From: Octopus sinensis | Taxonomy: Eukaryota | Direction of reading: 5' to 3' | DNA length: 64,000 nt | NCBI RefSeq assembly: GCF_006345805.1 | Contig: NW_021832718.1 | Span: 1 to 64,000 of the forward strand | Shown: piece after piece, positions 49,737 through 62,748 of the stretch | Position numbering within the stretch: position 1 is the first letter of the stretch | Layout: each line of letters starts with the position of its first letter | Position numbers and translations under genes: made by a program | Notes under the pieces: model-generated | What the model was told of the DNA's origin: nothing | The model's database searches: none | Seen by the model: the letters and a program-made list of their open reading frames with translations, nothing else

Positions 49737-50225
49737 TAAAAGTACATGCATTTCTTTAAACAGCATGTTTGGTTCAACAACTGGCTTAATATTAAGCCAA
49801 TTCAAGTCTCTGACAATGCATCCAGTTATTGTTTAGCCCTAGGCCAGACCTATAATTAATGGTATTCCAGTCATGATCATTATTCTCTTCAAGCATAGAG
49901 CATCTAGGACTTCATTATCCAATGTAGCCTTCTTCAATTTTTTAGATGATAAGGTAAGATTTGAGAAAGGTTTTACTATTTCTGGCATACTGGGTGATCA
50001 TGAAGAGTCTCCATCATTGGCTTTAATACATCCAGTTAGTATAAGAAGTCAATGCATGTATTACAGGTAATGAAACAGAAAAGGCAAAATTGAGAGTAAA
50101 ACTTAGTTTTCACTATTGTTTTAGTAGAGATAGAGTAACAGTAGAGAAATACAGACAAGATATATAAATAACAACAATAAAATTGTCGGTGATCTTCTAG
50201 AAGTAACTTGAAAACACAAGCTTAC

Positions 50226-50306
50226 TTTCAATTGTATATCTATTTCCTCAGGTTCTGTAATTATTTTATCAGGCAGAGTGATGACTTCTTCAGCTACTTC
50301 AACACC
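50226..50306 (-). CDS. MRPL9: MRPL9 internal coding exon (81 nt, phase 0-0)
   Basis: ctttctgtttctgaAG|GGTGTT...TTGAAA|GTAAGC translates GVEVAEEVITLPDKIITEPEEIDIQLK, corresponding to the GVxVxxxxLxLPxxxIT segment of MRPL9. Confidence 0.85.
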
Positions 50307-50740
50307 CTTCAGAAACAGAAAGAGAATTAAAAGGAAAATAAGAGAACAAACAATATTACTGTAATTGTATTAATTGACCTAATGAATATGCTAGATAGTA
50401 TATCTATTATTTGGACTAATTGTTGAAATACAGGGTTTATTCCTTTTCATACATAAAGGGATTACACGAGGCATGTAGATGTGAATGTGGCCTCAAACGT
50501 TCTGGTGAAAGGTAAGATTTATGATAAACTAATGCAAAATATATAGCTCTTGAATCTAGGCTATAAATTTTCATTTTTACATATCATCATAAGTGCATTA
50601 GGCTATGTATCTAGGGATCTGCACAAAAAAAATCCAATCTGTTAATGGCACAGCAAAAATTTGTAAGATGTTCAAAAGATTCTTGATCTGAGATACTTTA
50701 GATAAATATGTGCATACACTTGGCTGTGTTCATCTACAAG

Positions 50741-51033
50741 GACATACAATGTACATGTCAATGTCTATCATGAGCTGTGAAGCAGAAAATAATTCCTCAA
50801 AGATAGTCTTTATAAAGAACAAATTTCACTCTATTATTACTGAAGAGCACTTAAATTCTTTATCCATATAGTCTGTAAAGAATGACATACAAGGTACTTG
50901 ACAATGTCTATCATGAGCTGCGAAGCAGAAAATAATTCCTCAAAGATAGTCTTTATAAAGAACAAATTTCACTCTACTATTACTGAAGAGCGCTTACATT
51001 CTTTATCCAAACAGTCTGTAAAGAATGACATTG
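50741..51033. repeat. Two-copy 143-bp direct tandem duplication in an MRPL9 intron
   Basis: The unit GACATACAA..TGTCTATCATGAGCTG...CTGTAAAGAAT starts at 50741 and 50884, and a third start GACA appears at 51027. Confidence 0.9.
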
Positions 51034-51836
51034 CAAGGAAACTCTTAATATGATAAAAGTTAAGTTTACATGAATAAATTGCAGAAAAAAGAGCAGTTTG
51101 TGAAATGTGGTTCATGTAATATGTATTCTCACAGGTGTTTAAAATGAAAGATTATATTAACTCTAGTCTTTGCTATGTTTTATTTCATTAATCTACATAT
51201 CATCAAGCATAAATAATGCCTAATTTTCATCCTTCCATATCTTAAAAACTATATGAGAAGTAACACAGTATAGCAATTTAAACCAAAAGCTGAGATGTGC
51301 TGGTTAAATTTTATTTAAAAATTTCTAGTAATCTGTCATGGAACAAGCATATCGAAAAAGGTAACAGTGATCACTCAGTGCATGTTACTGGGAGAAAGAG
51401 GCTCACTGCATGGCCCTTTTTTCCATAGATTTCACATTTTCCATCCTTTGGGCTTCAAAGTCCTTGCATGGGTAGTAGGGCCTTTCACATCTTGCTGAAA
51501 GGTATTCTATAATTATCCTACAAGAGTGGAAGGTGTGGGATGTAATAGTTCAAACTTTAGGACCACAAAAATGAAAGTCAGCTACTGACTAGATTAAAAT
51601 AGATGTACTTTTGGAGTAAATATGCAACACTGCATGTTACATGTTACTCTAAAGTTTTTAGGATAATTTAGGCCCTACAATCAAGATTCATGTTATATCT
51701 TTTACAGTATTTACTCTTCTCAAAGTATATTCAATCAAAATTAATCTTCTTTAGCATAATATGGTATCTGCTGAGTCTATCTTCACAATTAGTTAAAGAT
51801 TATAAAAGAAAATAGTTAAACAGTAGAATACTTTAC

Positions 51837-51938
51837 CCTCAGTCTAAAAGCCACAACAACATGCTCCTTGCTCAACACCCATGGATTATCACCACTCATT
51901 GGAATAGCAAGGTACATGTTAGATAATGTTTTCAGAGT
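51837..51938 (-). CDS. MRPL9: Mitochondrial ribosomal protein L9, internal coding exon (102 nt, phase 0-0)
   Basis: Minus strand ttatttgtAG|ACTCTG...CTGAGG|GTAAAG translates TLKTLSNMYLAIPMSGDNPWVLSKEHVVVAFRLR. This matches the invertebrate mRpL9 pattern L-x-LAxxM-x-xDxPWVL-xxxH-xxxAFR as I recall it, and splices in frame to the next two exons. Confidence 0.85.
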
Positions 51939-52644
51939 CTACAAATAAAATATCAAGAAATTATTACCGTCATCATTGGTTTAATGATTATATCTTTCAC
52001 ACAAATAAAGCAGCTATCCTCTCAGAATTCTATTTTTATGACAGTTTTATTTCCATTGTTCTGTGTTAACATATAGCCAAGATGTTAAATTTTTGTTTTG
52101 TGTTGGAGCAAATTTACAGTTACAGCTACCTGTTACCACTTAACCCAGGGAACAGAGAATAAAATGCATTTTTATCAACCAAGTAGACTGAAGCCTGTAG
52201 ATTTATATTCCTTGAAAAGGCTCATGAACTTACAAAATTGGGGACATAAATGAAGTAATGTGACATGCCATCATCCTAATAATAATGTTTCCTAACAGGC
52301 GGCATAAAGCTACATATTTTGCTAGCAGAGAACAGTTGATTAAATCAAATCCATTATTTGACTGGTTTTATTTTATCAACCTGGAAAGATAAAAGGCTGT
52401 GTTGACTTTGATGGGGTTTGAATGCATATGTAACTAAATATTGATTTTAAATTTTGGAACAAGACCAGCAATTTCGGGAAGTGGGTAAGTTGATTACATC
52501 AGCTCCATAGTTCAACTGGTATTTGGCAGAATTTGAACTCAGAACATAAGATAGGTGAGATGCCACCAAGTATTTTGCTCAGTGTGCTAATGATTTTGCC
52601 AGCTTACCACATTGATGTGACTAAATATTGGTTTCAAATTTTGG

Positions 52645-55600
52645 CATCATCATCATCATCATCATCATCATTTAGCATCCGTTTTCCATGCTAGCATGGG
52701 TTGGACGGTTCAACTGGGGTCTGTGAAGCCAGAAGGCTGCATCAGGCCCAGTCTGATCTGGCAGTGTTTCTACAGCTGGATGCCCTTCCTAACACCAACC
52801 ACTCCGCGAGTGTAGTGGGTGCTTTTTACGTGCCACCTGCACAGGAGCCAGACGGAGCTGGCAAACGGCCACGAACAGATGGTGCTTTTACGTGCCACCG
52901 GCACGGGGGCCAGGTGAGGCTGGCAACGGACACAAACGGATGGTGCTTTTACGTGCCACCAGCACGGAGGCCAGTCGGGGCGGTGCTGGCAACGGCCACG
53001 AACGGATGGTGCTTTTTACGTGTCACTGGCACGGAGGCCAGTCGGGGCGGCACTGGCAATGGCCACAATCGGATGGTTCGCTTACTTGTTACCGGCACTG
53101 GTATCACAGCTGCAATTTCCATTGATGTTGATCGACTTCGATTTTGGTTCTGCTTCTGATATCTGATTTGATTTGGTTTGATTTGATTTTGATTTTGATT
53201 TTCACTTACCTCAACGGGTCTTCACAAGTGGAGTTTTGTGTCCCAAGAAGGAAAGGTATGTATAAGTCGACTGGCTACATACCAGGTAGAGGCCACGGGT
53301 TATGGTCTCACTAGTCTTGCTGGGTCTTCTCACGCACAGCATACTTCCATAGGTCTCGGTCTCTAGTCATTTCCTTGGTGATACCTAAAGTGAGAAGGTT
53401 GTGCTTCACCACCTCGTCCCAGGTTTTCCTGGGTCGACCGCTTCCACAGGTTCCCTCAACTGCTAGGGTGTGGCACTTTTGCACACAACTATCTTCAGCC
53501 ATTCTCGTCACATGACCATACCAGTGCAAACGTTTCTCTTGCACACCACAACTGATGCTTCTTAGGTCCAACTTTTCTCTCAAGGTACTTACACTCTGTC
53601 GATTATGAACACTGACATTACACATCCATCAGAGCATACTGTCTTCATTTCTTGCGAGCTTACGCATATCCTCAGCAGTCACGGCCCATGTTTCCCTACC
53701 ATATAGCATGGCTGTACGTTCACATGCATCATACAGTCTGCCTTTTACTCTGAGCGAGAGGCCTTTTGTCACCAGCAGGGGTAAGAGCTCTCTAAACTTT
53801 GCCCAGGCTATTCTTACTCTAGCAGTTACACTTTCAGCACACCCACCCCCGCTACTGACTTGGTCACCTAGGTATCGGAAGCTATCAACTACTTCTAGTT
53901 TGACTCCCTGGAACGTGGTAGAAGTTGGTCTCTGCACATTTCCAGTGTTTATTGCTCCTGAGCATCAGCCACATTCAAAAACTATTTTCCTAGTTAGCCT
54001 TCCTTTGACATTGCTGCACCTCTTATGTGTCCATAGCTTACACTTGGTGCACCTTTTCTACAGATCGAGCAGGGCCATCTACCTGAAGTCGTTTGTGATT
54101 GGTCTACCTTCCTACTTATTAGGACTTTGGTTTTGGCTAGGTTGATTCTAAGGCCCTTCGATTCTAATCCTTGCTTCCACACCTGAAACTTCTCCTCCAG
54201 TTCTGATAGTGACTCAGCAATTAGAGCAAAGTCATCAGCATAGAGGAGCTCCCAGGGGCATCCTGTCTTGAATTCCTCCGTTATTGCCTGGAGGACTATG
54301 ATAAATAGGAGGGGACTGAGGACTGAACCTTGGTGGACCCCAACCTCTACCCGGAATTCTTCACTGTACTCATTGCCAACCCTCACCTTACTAGCAGCAT
54401 CTCTGTACATGGCTCGCACAGCTCTCACTAACCATTCATCTATCCCTAGTTTCCTCATTGACCACCAGATAAGAGATCGGGGGACCCTGTCGAAGGCTTT
54501 CTCCATGTCAACAAAAGCCAGGTACAGGGCTTATCTTTGGCTAGGTATTTCTCCGGCAGCTGTCTTACCAGGAATATAGCATCAGTAGTACTTTTCCCTG
54601 GCACGAACCCAAACTGCATCTCATCTAAGCTAACTCTCTCTCTAATAAGTTGGGCTATAACCCTCTCCGTAACCTTCATTACCTGATCCACCAGCTTAAT
54701 ACCCCTGTAGTTATTTGTATCTAGGGCGTCACCTTTACCTTTGTAGCAGTTGACTAGTATGCTGCTACACCAGTCATTGGGTATGACTCCTTCGTGTATC
54801 ACCTGGTTAACTATATGGGTGACTAGGCTAAAGCCGACACTACCAGATATTTTGAGCATCTCTGCAGTAATTCCTGATGGGCCTGGGGCTTTCCCTGTTT
54901 TCATGCTTGTAATTGCCTTAACTACTAAGGAACTGTCAACTCGGATTGCTGGTCCCTCTGTTGGGTCGACATTCGGCAGACTCTCTTTATCCCATTCATT
55001 TTCCTCATTCAGCGACCTTTCATATTGGCGTCTCCAAACCTCTCTCTTTGCATCCTCATTTAGCACAAGTGAACCGTCATCCTTGCGAACACATTTCTCT
55101 CCTACCACGTCACGATTCTCTCTCACACACTGTCTTGCAACACGAAATACCTCAAGTCTTTCATCCTCACGGCGCAGAACATTGGCAAATTTTTTCTTAT
55201 CTGCTTTCCCTCTGGCTAAATACACCTGCCTCCTAGCTTCCCTTCTGGCAGTCTGATACACTTCCCTGCTACCACCGTTCTTCCAGTCCTTCCAAGTCTG
55301 TTTCTTTTGTCTAATAGCCCTGTCAACAATATTGTTCCACCACCACGTTATTTTGGGTCTTGAGGGGACTTTGCACCAGTCACAGATCTGGTCAGTGGCT
55401 TTCAGCAGGTTGTCCCTCAGAAGCGTCCAGTTGTCTTCTACCCCATGTGTAGCTATACCCACTTCTATTTCGTCAAAGGCTTCAAGTAACATATCTCTAA
55501 ATCTCTGTCCATTCGCAGGGTCTTTAAGCTTCCAGACCCTTCTTCTCCATGTTGGTCATCTTCTAGTCATCCTCTTAGTCCTGATCCTAAAGTCACTAAC

Positions 55601-56500
55601 TACCAGTCTATGTTGTGGGGTGCATTCTTCGCCTGGGAAGGTTTTGGCATTTATAAGCAGCCTTCTTTCCCTTTTTCTGGCAAGGATGTAGTCGATTTGG
55701 CTAGTATGCCGGCCCGATCGGTAGGTGACCAGGTGGCTTGTCGGTTTCCTGAAGTTAGTGTTGCAAACCATAAGACTATTCGCATCGCAGAACTCCAGCA
55801 GCCTGGTTCCCTCCTCATTGCGGGAACCATAACCATAGCTTCCATGTACGCCATGGAAGGCCCCTGCATATCGTCCAACATGCCCATTGAAGTCACCAGC
55901 CACAAAGAGAAGGTCCCTGTCGTTCGTCAATGAGGTGGTCTGCAGTAGGGTGTCATAGAAACTGTCTTTCTGTCCATCGGGTAGTTCTGGCTGAGGGGCA
56001 TAGGCCAATATAATGGTTGCTAATCTATGATGAAGCACTATTCTAATCTTAAGTATTCTGTCACTTACTCTGATTACCTCAAGTACCTTATCTACCAATT
56101 TTTCAACGAGAGGTATACCCACGCCTCCAACCCCATCAGTGTTTCCTGCCCAGAAAATCTTGTACCTGTTTCCTTTGCCTGTGAGGAACCTAGCAGAACC
56201 ACCTCTCCACCTTACTTCTTGGATGCAACAGATATCAACTCGTCTCCGTTCAAGCATCTCAACAATCTCACCAGACCTACCTTTCAGTGTGCCTACGTTG
56301 AGAGTGCCAACCCTGAGGGTGTGGAAGGTATGGGCCCTAGAGGCCCAGGGACGGGGAGCAGTGGTGTCATGTACCTGAAAAGAAAGCTCGCATTTGGCAG
56401 AATTCATAAGCAAAGCAATGATCTTAAGTTCAACCTGCTTCACAACACTATCATGTTTTGCGCCGTATGGTCACTACCTTATATAGTAGGGGTGGTATTG
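52645..56500 (-). mobile_element. Near-full-length defective RTE LINE (APE endonuclease + RT + finger + 3' UTR)
   Basis: ORF 55556-56443 carries APE motifs (VGTLNVGTL, CIQEVRW, AGDFNGHVG, SQIDYIL). RT is spread over ORFs 54455-55492 and 53994-54506, with the C-terminus at 53311-53937. (CAT)n tail at 52645. The 5' boundary is uncertain (up to about 56800). Confidence 0.95.
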
Positions 56501-57046
56501 GCTTAAGGCCTTTAGGTGTTCATGGAAGAAAAGCAAAGGAAGACAAGATGAGATAAGGACTTCTGGTTTCACCGTACACTCTTGCAAATCCCAACCTGCT
56601 CACACTCTGTCTCAACACACTTATACTCACCTTGTACATTAAGGAAACACCCAGACTTGCTGCTCCTTCTAATCATTCTCATTCTCGTTCTTAAAGTTGA
56701 GTAACCATGTTGCTCCTCTACAAGAACATATTTGCCTCTCCCTTCTCCCTTTCCTTCATACTTTAACCCCTCATTTTCTTCCATACACGACACCCACCAT
56801 CACCACCACCACAGGTCTTGTAGTTTTGTGACCTCACCATGCACTCAGTACACATTTTAAAGTGATTGGTGTTAGGAAGGTTATCCAGCCATAGAAACTA
56901 GGCCGTTGCAGACACTAGAAGACAGCATGGTCCTTGTACACATTGGATCCTGTAAAACCATCTAGCCTATATGTAATGATGGTGATGATTGTGTTTTAGA
57001 TACTATTTAATGCATTTTTGAATACCTATCTTATATATCATTCCAT

Positions 57047-57127
57047 AACATTCTATACCACTTTGTAAACTCTATGGTGATAATGTAACCAAGTTTCAGG
57101 AACAGTTACGCAAACAAAGTTTACGAA
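57047..57127 (+). CDS. COMMD4: COMM domain-containing protein 4, internal exon (phase 1-1) lacking a canonical AG acceptor
   Basis: Reads (E)HSIPLCKLYGDNVTKFQEQLRKQSLR then A|GTAAGT, versus human [27 protein letters not shown] from memory. Upstream sequence is tcattccAT, not AG, so the exon start is inferred from homology. Confidence 0.75.
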
Positions 57128-57554
57128 GTAAGTATAAAATATTTAGTAGTTCTCACATATTCTAGTTAGTATGCTAGCTAAAGCACATTAAATCAATAGA
57201 AATTGTGTGCTACTTATTATATTGTCAGGGTAAAATGCTGAGATAAAAATAAGGACTTGGGTCTGCTAAGTACATTTTAAGTACAATAGTTGAAAAAGTA
57301 TCAACTAATATCCACTAACTTACAAACTTTAAATTTTAGGCTGACTGACTCAACACAGTCTATACAGAACAATTGAGGTGAACCTTATTTTGCTCACTTG
57401 TTATGTTGATAATACTCAGTGTATATAGAGACACTCTATTTGTTACCAAGTGTTATTATGTGTATACACACCCTATTTGTTCAAAAACATTCTGAAAAAG
57501 AATTATTTTACATTCTCTCAAAGTTTCTAAATTCTTATAATATCAACTATATAT

Positions 57555-57945
57555 CTTTCACTGGTTTCAGTCACTAGATTGTGGTCATACTGGGACACCA
57601 TCTCAAAGAATTTTTAGTCAAATGTATTGACCCCAGTACTTATTTTTTTAAAGACTGGTACTTATTCTGTCGATCTCTTGCCAAACCACTAAGTTATGGG
57701 GTCATAAACACACCAGCACTGATTGTCAAGTGGTGGTGGTGGTGGTAGTGAGGACAGACACAGAGACACACACACATATATGTACATATATACAACAGGC
57801 TTCTTTCAGTTTCCATCTACCAAATCCACTCGCAAGGTTTTGGTCAGCCCAAGGCTATAATATGAAACACTTGCTCAAGGTGCTTGCACTGAGACTGAGT
57901 CCTGAACCATGTGGTTGGGAAACACGCTTCTTACCACATAGCCAA
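57555..57945 (-). mobile_element. Degenerate CORE-type SINE in a COMMD4 intron
   Basis: cttctttcagtttccatctaccaaatccactc...ccatgtggttgggaaac...cttaccacatagcc. Confidence 0.7.
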
Positions 57946-58573
57946 GCAGTTATATATGACATCAGGTCATTTATAAAGGTATTAAATCAGCAGAATTATA
58001 ATTAAGAAAAAATAATGACAGTCTTTGATAAATCCTTACAGTTGCTTTAAAAACTCAGTGATTGGTTGATGTAATAATGTGCATTATCAAACAGGTATAC
58101 ATTATGATTCAACTAACCATGCACACACACTGGAACACACACAGACACACACACAAATTTTAAAATTTCCTGTTTAGGGGAGAGAGAGAGAGAGTTACCA
58201 ATTTAGTTTTGACATCATCAATGTTGTTTACATCGCAGCTGGCAAGCTATGTATGTATGCATATGTGTTTATATATATGTTTGTGTATATGTATATATTT
58301 GTGTTGGTGTGATATTGATATACATACATATATAGCTAATAGTGAGGGATTATCAATCCAGGCAAAATATTTCATAAGCTCTCTGTTGGCATACCTGGTA
58401 TACTTATGGCAGGGCTATGATTCATCACAATTCTAGATTGTAAATCCATGGATGGCCTCCAGCGAAACAAGTTAAAAATAATAATCATTACATATTCCTC
58501 CTTTATTGGAGGAAATTAGGCTTACAGCAAGTATACAAATATATTAATTCTTTATGTTTCTTTTTTAATTTAG

Positions 58574-58635
58574 TATCACATATGAACTCAGTTCAGTGGC
58601 GGGTTGATTATGTTATCAGTTCGAAATCACTAAAG
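58574..58635 (+). CDS. COMMD4: COMMD4 internal exon (62 nt, phase 1-0)
   Basis: ttttttaatttAG|TATCAC...CTAAAG|GTAAGG translates (I)SHMNSVQWRVDYVISSKSLK, containing the COMM-domain WRVDYxxSS motif typical of COMMD4. Confidence 0.9.
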
Positions 58636-58989
58636 GTAAGGCATTAAGACATATAATATAGTAATTTAAAAGTTTTTTTATTATTCAGCTATTTACAAAT
58701 GTTGGATTTCAATATATCATGACTGTTTATTGATACTATAATATAAAATTGAACTAATATTTTTTTTTCAAATCAGTCTTTCTATGTATTAAATTTTTTG
58801 TTAATATGTTTGTATTACATACTACTTAACTGTGAAATTTTCTTGGTCTAGATATTTCTCTCAAGTGATGTGGTAATATTAAGGACTCTGAAGTATAATG
58901 TTTTGAATATTTTTTTGTCCCTTACTAGTTTCATTTCATAAACTGCAACTAACCTTCATACTAATTTCAAGACCTTAGTCAGTTATATT

Positions 58990-59590
58990 GACTCTAGTAC
59001 TTTGTCTTTCCGTCACACTGTTGTCAGTTTGAATTGCTGCTCACTCTGTTGAGTTAGCATGAGGTAAACCTTATTTATCCTATGCATTCTGCTCATTCAA
59101 CAACCTATCATGGTAGCACTTCCATGTCATTAGAAGTAACAAGTGTGCTTTCATCATTTTGGATATACTATTCTCTGATGACATCTAGCTTCCTTCTGAC
59201 TTACTCACTCTCTTGTGATACTGAACACCTCAACCTGTGATCCTCATATTGCAGAATACGTGCACATCTCTTCCTTTCTGGTTCACCCTGAGTTTCTCTT
59301 TCAGCTACTTGATAATTCTCTCAATTTCTACATTCTTTACAACTCTATATACCATGTCATTCCACCACAATATTCGATCTAGCTGGAACTTTGATTTGGT
59401 CACGTGTCTGATTTGTAACCCTGAGAAGGTTATCTCAGAGGAACTCATGGTCTTCATCTATGCTATAAGGACCTAGCTTTGCCTCCCTAGATCTTGTTGT
59501 ATTTCTTCAAACCTATAGCTAACTACAGGTTCCATGTCTTCTGTCTCTGAGTTTGTCTAGCTCTGACTCTGATGTCATCAGCCAATATTT
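58990..59590 (-). mobile_element. Old degenerate RTE fragment in a COMMD4 intron
   Basis: Minus-strand remnants WWNDMV and WKCYHDRLLNEQNA correspond to the RTE linker (TWWWNN..., W..HY.RLLN.EN). Confidence 0.5.
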
Positions 59591-59876
59591 TATGTTGGAG
59601 AGTGCATTTTTTACCAGGAAAGGATTTCATATTTACAGTGGCTTGCCTCTCGTATTTCCTTGTGAGGATGAAACCAATCTCACTTGATTTGTAGGTGATG
59701 AGACGACTGGCTGGTTTCTTAAAGTGTGTTGCAAATTATGTTGGTTGCATTAAAAAGCAGCAAGAGTCTTAAATCCTCCTTATTCTTCATACTATAGCCA
59801 TTGCAGTACATGAGGAGAAGCAATAACAACAGCTGGTCAGTTTTTGTTATTTCAATGTTCTTGAATTCTTTTCCAG

Positions 59877-59991
59877 ACAGTAAACAAACCAAATGTACAG
59901 ATATGTTTAAAAGTTGTAAACCCAGACACAGGAAACGCAAAACCAGTTGTATTTAATATGTCTGCAGAAAAATTTCGTGTTTTTCTAAATG
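59877..59991 (+). CDS. COMMD4: COMMD4 internal exon (115 nt, phase 0-1)
   Basis: ttcttttccAG|ACAGTA...CTAAATG|GTAAGT translates TVNKPNVQICLKVVNPDTGNAKPVVFNMSAEKFRVFLN(E), versus human SVEEPMVHLRLEV...PVAMSLSADKFQVLLAE. Confidence 0.9.
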
Positions 59992-61004
59992 GTAAGTCTT
60001 TTGATTAAAGCCTATTTAAATTTGAATTTTTAAGTCCTGGTTTTCTAAAGAGGATATTTTTGTGATTCGGCATAGAGGTGACTGTGTTGTTGAGAAGCAT
60101 GTGGTCTTGGGTTCTGTTCCACTGTGCAGCACATGTGGTCAGAGCCTTCTACAAAAGTCCTAGACTGATCAGAGCCATGTGAATAGATATCGTACACAGA
60201 AGCCCATCGCATGTGAATGTGTGAGCGTGTATATGCACGCATGCATGTGCCTTTTCCTTGACCTCAAATGATGATTGTAAACAAGCATCACTTTTATAAA
60301 AATGATGTTATTTGTTTCCAGCCATTTTTGATAAGCATGTCTGGCCATGGAAGAATATTATCTTGCTTGGAAACAAGTAAGAGTTGGTGACAGGATGGAC
60401 ATACAGCTATAGAAAAGCTGCTTCAGCTAATCCTGTCTGACTCATGCAAGCATAATAACAATGATGTCAAAATGTTTAAATATATATGTGTGCGTGCATG
60501 TTTAGCAGTTTTTCATATCAGTGTATATACATGTTAGGAATCATAAAAACATTATTGTCCTGTCTAGAGATTAAACAAAAAACCAGCAACAGAACTCATA
60601 ATTGCTACAAATGCTGGGTCTCACTAGCACTGATGATCTCTCACTCTCCTTACCATACTAAAGACTATCGCAAAGACTGGCTTGCTTCCTCAGAGCCAGA
60701 GAAGTTTCTAACAATTACTAACCCTAATCAAAGTTCAAGTGTGACCTAAAATAAAATACTGTTATATCTGAAATGGCAACAGTGATGCTAGAATAAATAC
60801 AAACAACCTACTCTGTGTCCATTAGTACACCTAAGGAGTTGGTAAAATGTGTTGTTCTTTCTTTATTTTATCTACAACCAGTACAGAGACCACTATTCTT
60901 TTGAAGTAGCTATTTTACCTGGAATTAACAAGAATTGTGAGAGATATGTTTAGTGGACAACATCCAAGATCCTCTAAAAATAGGTTGTAACTTTTTATAA
61001 TATG

Positions 61005-61385
61005 CAGGCGTGGCTGTGTGGTAAGAAGTTTGCTTCCCAACCACATGGTTCTGGGTTCTGTCCACTGTATGACACCTTGAGCTAGTGTCTTCTGCTATAC
61101 CCTCAAGCCAACCAAAGCCTTGTGAGTGGATTTGGTAGACAAAAACTGAAAGAAGCCTATCCTGTATATATATGTGTCTTCATATCTGTGTTTGTCCTCC
61201 ACCACAGCTTGACTACCGGTGTTGGTTGTTTACATCCCCATAACTTAGTGGTTTGGCAAAGGAAACTGATAGAATAAGTATCAGGCTTAAAAAATAAGTA
61301 CTGGGGTTGATTGATTCAACTAAAAAATTTTTCAAAGTGGTGTCCCAGCATGGTCACAGTCTCAGGACTTAAACAAGTAAAAGAT
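61005..61385 (+). mobile_element. Degenerate CORE-type SINE in a COMMD4 intron
   Basis: GCAGGCGTGGCTGTGTGGTAAGAAGTTTGC...CCTTGTGAGTGGATTTGGTAGAC...AAACAAGTAAAAGATAAGA. Confidence 0.75.
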
Positions 61386-62748
61386 AAGATGTAATTTATG
61401 TTTGGAAAGGAATATGATGGATACTTGAACTTTTACCCCATAAGCAGCAGAAATCATCAATTGATATTTCAATAGAAAACAGCAGACATTATCAATTGAT
61501 GTTTCAAAAGTTTTACATAGATACAACCATCATAAAAAAAAAGTGAATATTTTACAACACTTTTTAATGAGATTGAAAATGTTATTGTACAAGAGACTAA
61601 CAATTATTATAGTTTTTGTGCTTATTTAAAGTGGGTATGTATAAAAATTACTCTTGAGATATTTTTTGCTTTTTGCCTAATTGGTACATACATTCATGCA
61701 ACCCTTTCCCACTGTTTAAATGTTAATGGTTGCTTGACCTTCATGAAATAACAGCTGAATCTCTCTCATAGCTCACTTTACCATGTTAAAAAAGTGTATA
61801 TTGAATAATGTAGGTTTAGTTGCAGTTCATCTCAGCCTTTCAGTCTCCTGTGATACATAGGACATCCAAGTTCTCCTTTCTCATGCAGTCTTTCTAGTAA
61901 CTCCCAGTTCTTTTCATCTTGTTTGTCTGTTGCTGAGATGATTCTTATTCCTGTTGGTTACTTAAGAAAATTTTACATTGTTAGATAGTTTTGAGTGCTA
62001 TTACTTGTGTATAGATATCATCTTCATGTCCTGATGTCAGAGGGCACTTTAACTTCAGAAGAGCTTTAGCCAGAGGATGTCATCAATTTCTGAAGCAGGG
62101 AACTTTCTTTCCTCAAGATAAGTGAGTTTTTTTGCTTCCTATCTAATGTTTTTAGATGGCAGTCCTGTTAACCTTCTGTCCATCTACCAATCTAGAGGAC
62201 CAGGTCTGTTATGCTCAAAGACATTGAGTAGATGCCTTTGCTTGTATCTCCTAGAGGAAGCCTCACATCCCTACAAAGTTCCTTGATACACTGGTGCTGA
62301 TTGAGTGTGGTGGGAGTCATAGATAAGGTACATTAGTTATGGGGTGATTTGGGGATAACAACAATATAGACACTGAATATGGAGACTAGAGAGAAGTTGA
62401 ATATAATCTGTTGGATGTATAATGTCTTCTATGAGAGACAGTATAAATGAGTTGAGAAAGTGTCAGGGCATTAAAGGTATTAATCAGTATATGAAGGAGA
62501 GATAACTATGCTAACTGAGAGGGACATGTAAATAATAGAAGATGAATGAAAAGTGTGTTGACAAAGTGAGAGGAAGTGAGGCAGATTTGTCTCTGGATAT
62601 TATGCCACAAATATGAGATAACATTTGCTCATTTCCAATTTGGAAAAACTAATTTTAAAGCAATATTTATGATTACTGTGATTGAATTTAAAAAAAAATT
62701 TTTTCCATTTTTCTTAAAGTGAATTTTTTCTTTATTTTATATTTCTAG

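Noticed and set aside
49840-50020. Minus-strand peptide MPEIVKPFSNLTLSSKKLKK... and the plus-strand ORF 49873-50070
   Set aside because: Weak acceptor, phase incompatible with the flanking MRPL9 exons, and no recognisable homology.
51407-51494. Minus-strand exon-like segment (tttcAG...GTGAGC; RCERPYYPCKDFEAQRMENVKSMEKRAM)
   Set aside because: It lies between two phase-0 MRPL9 exons, but at 88 nt it would shift the frame, and MRPL9 homology is continuous without it.
60555-60749. Alternative COMMD4 last exon (tgtctAG|AG ATT AAA CAA AAA...)
   Set aside because: Poor polypyrimidine tract and no similarity after EIKQ. The exon at 62749 matches the ELKQ...M..L C-terminus much better.
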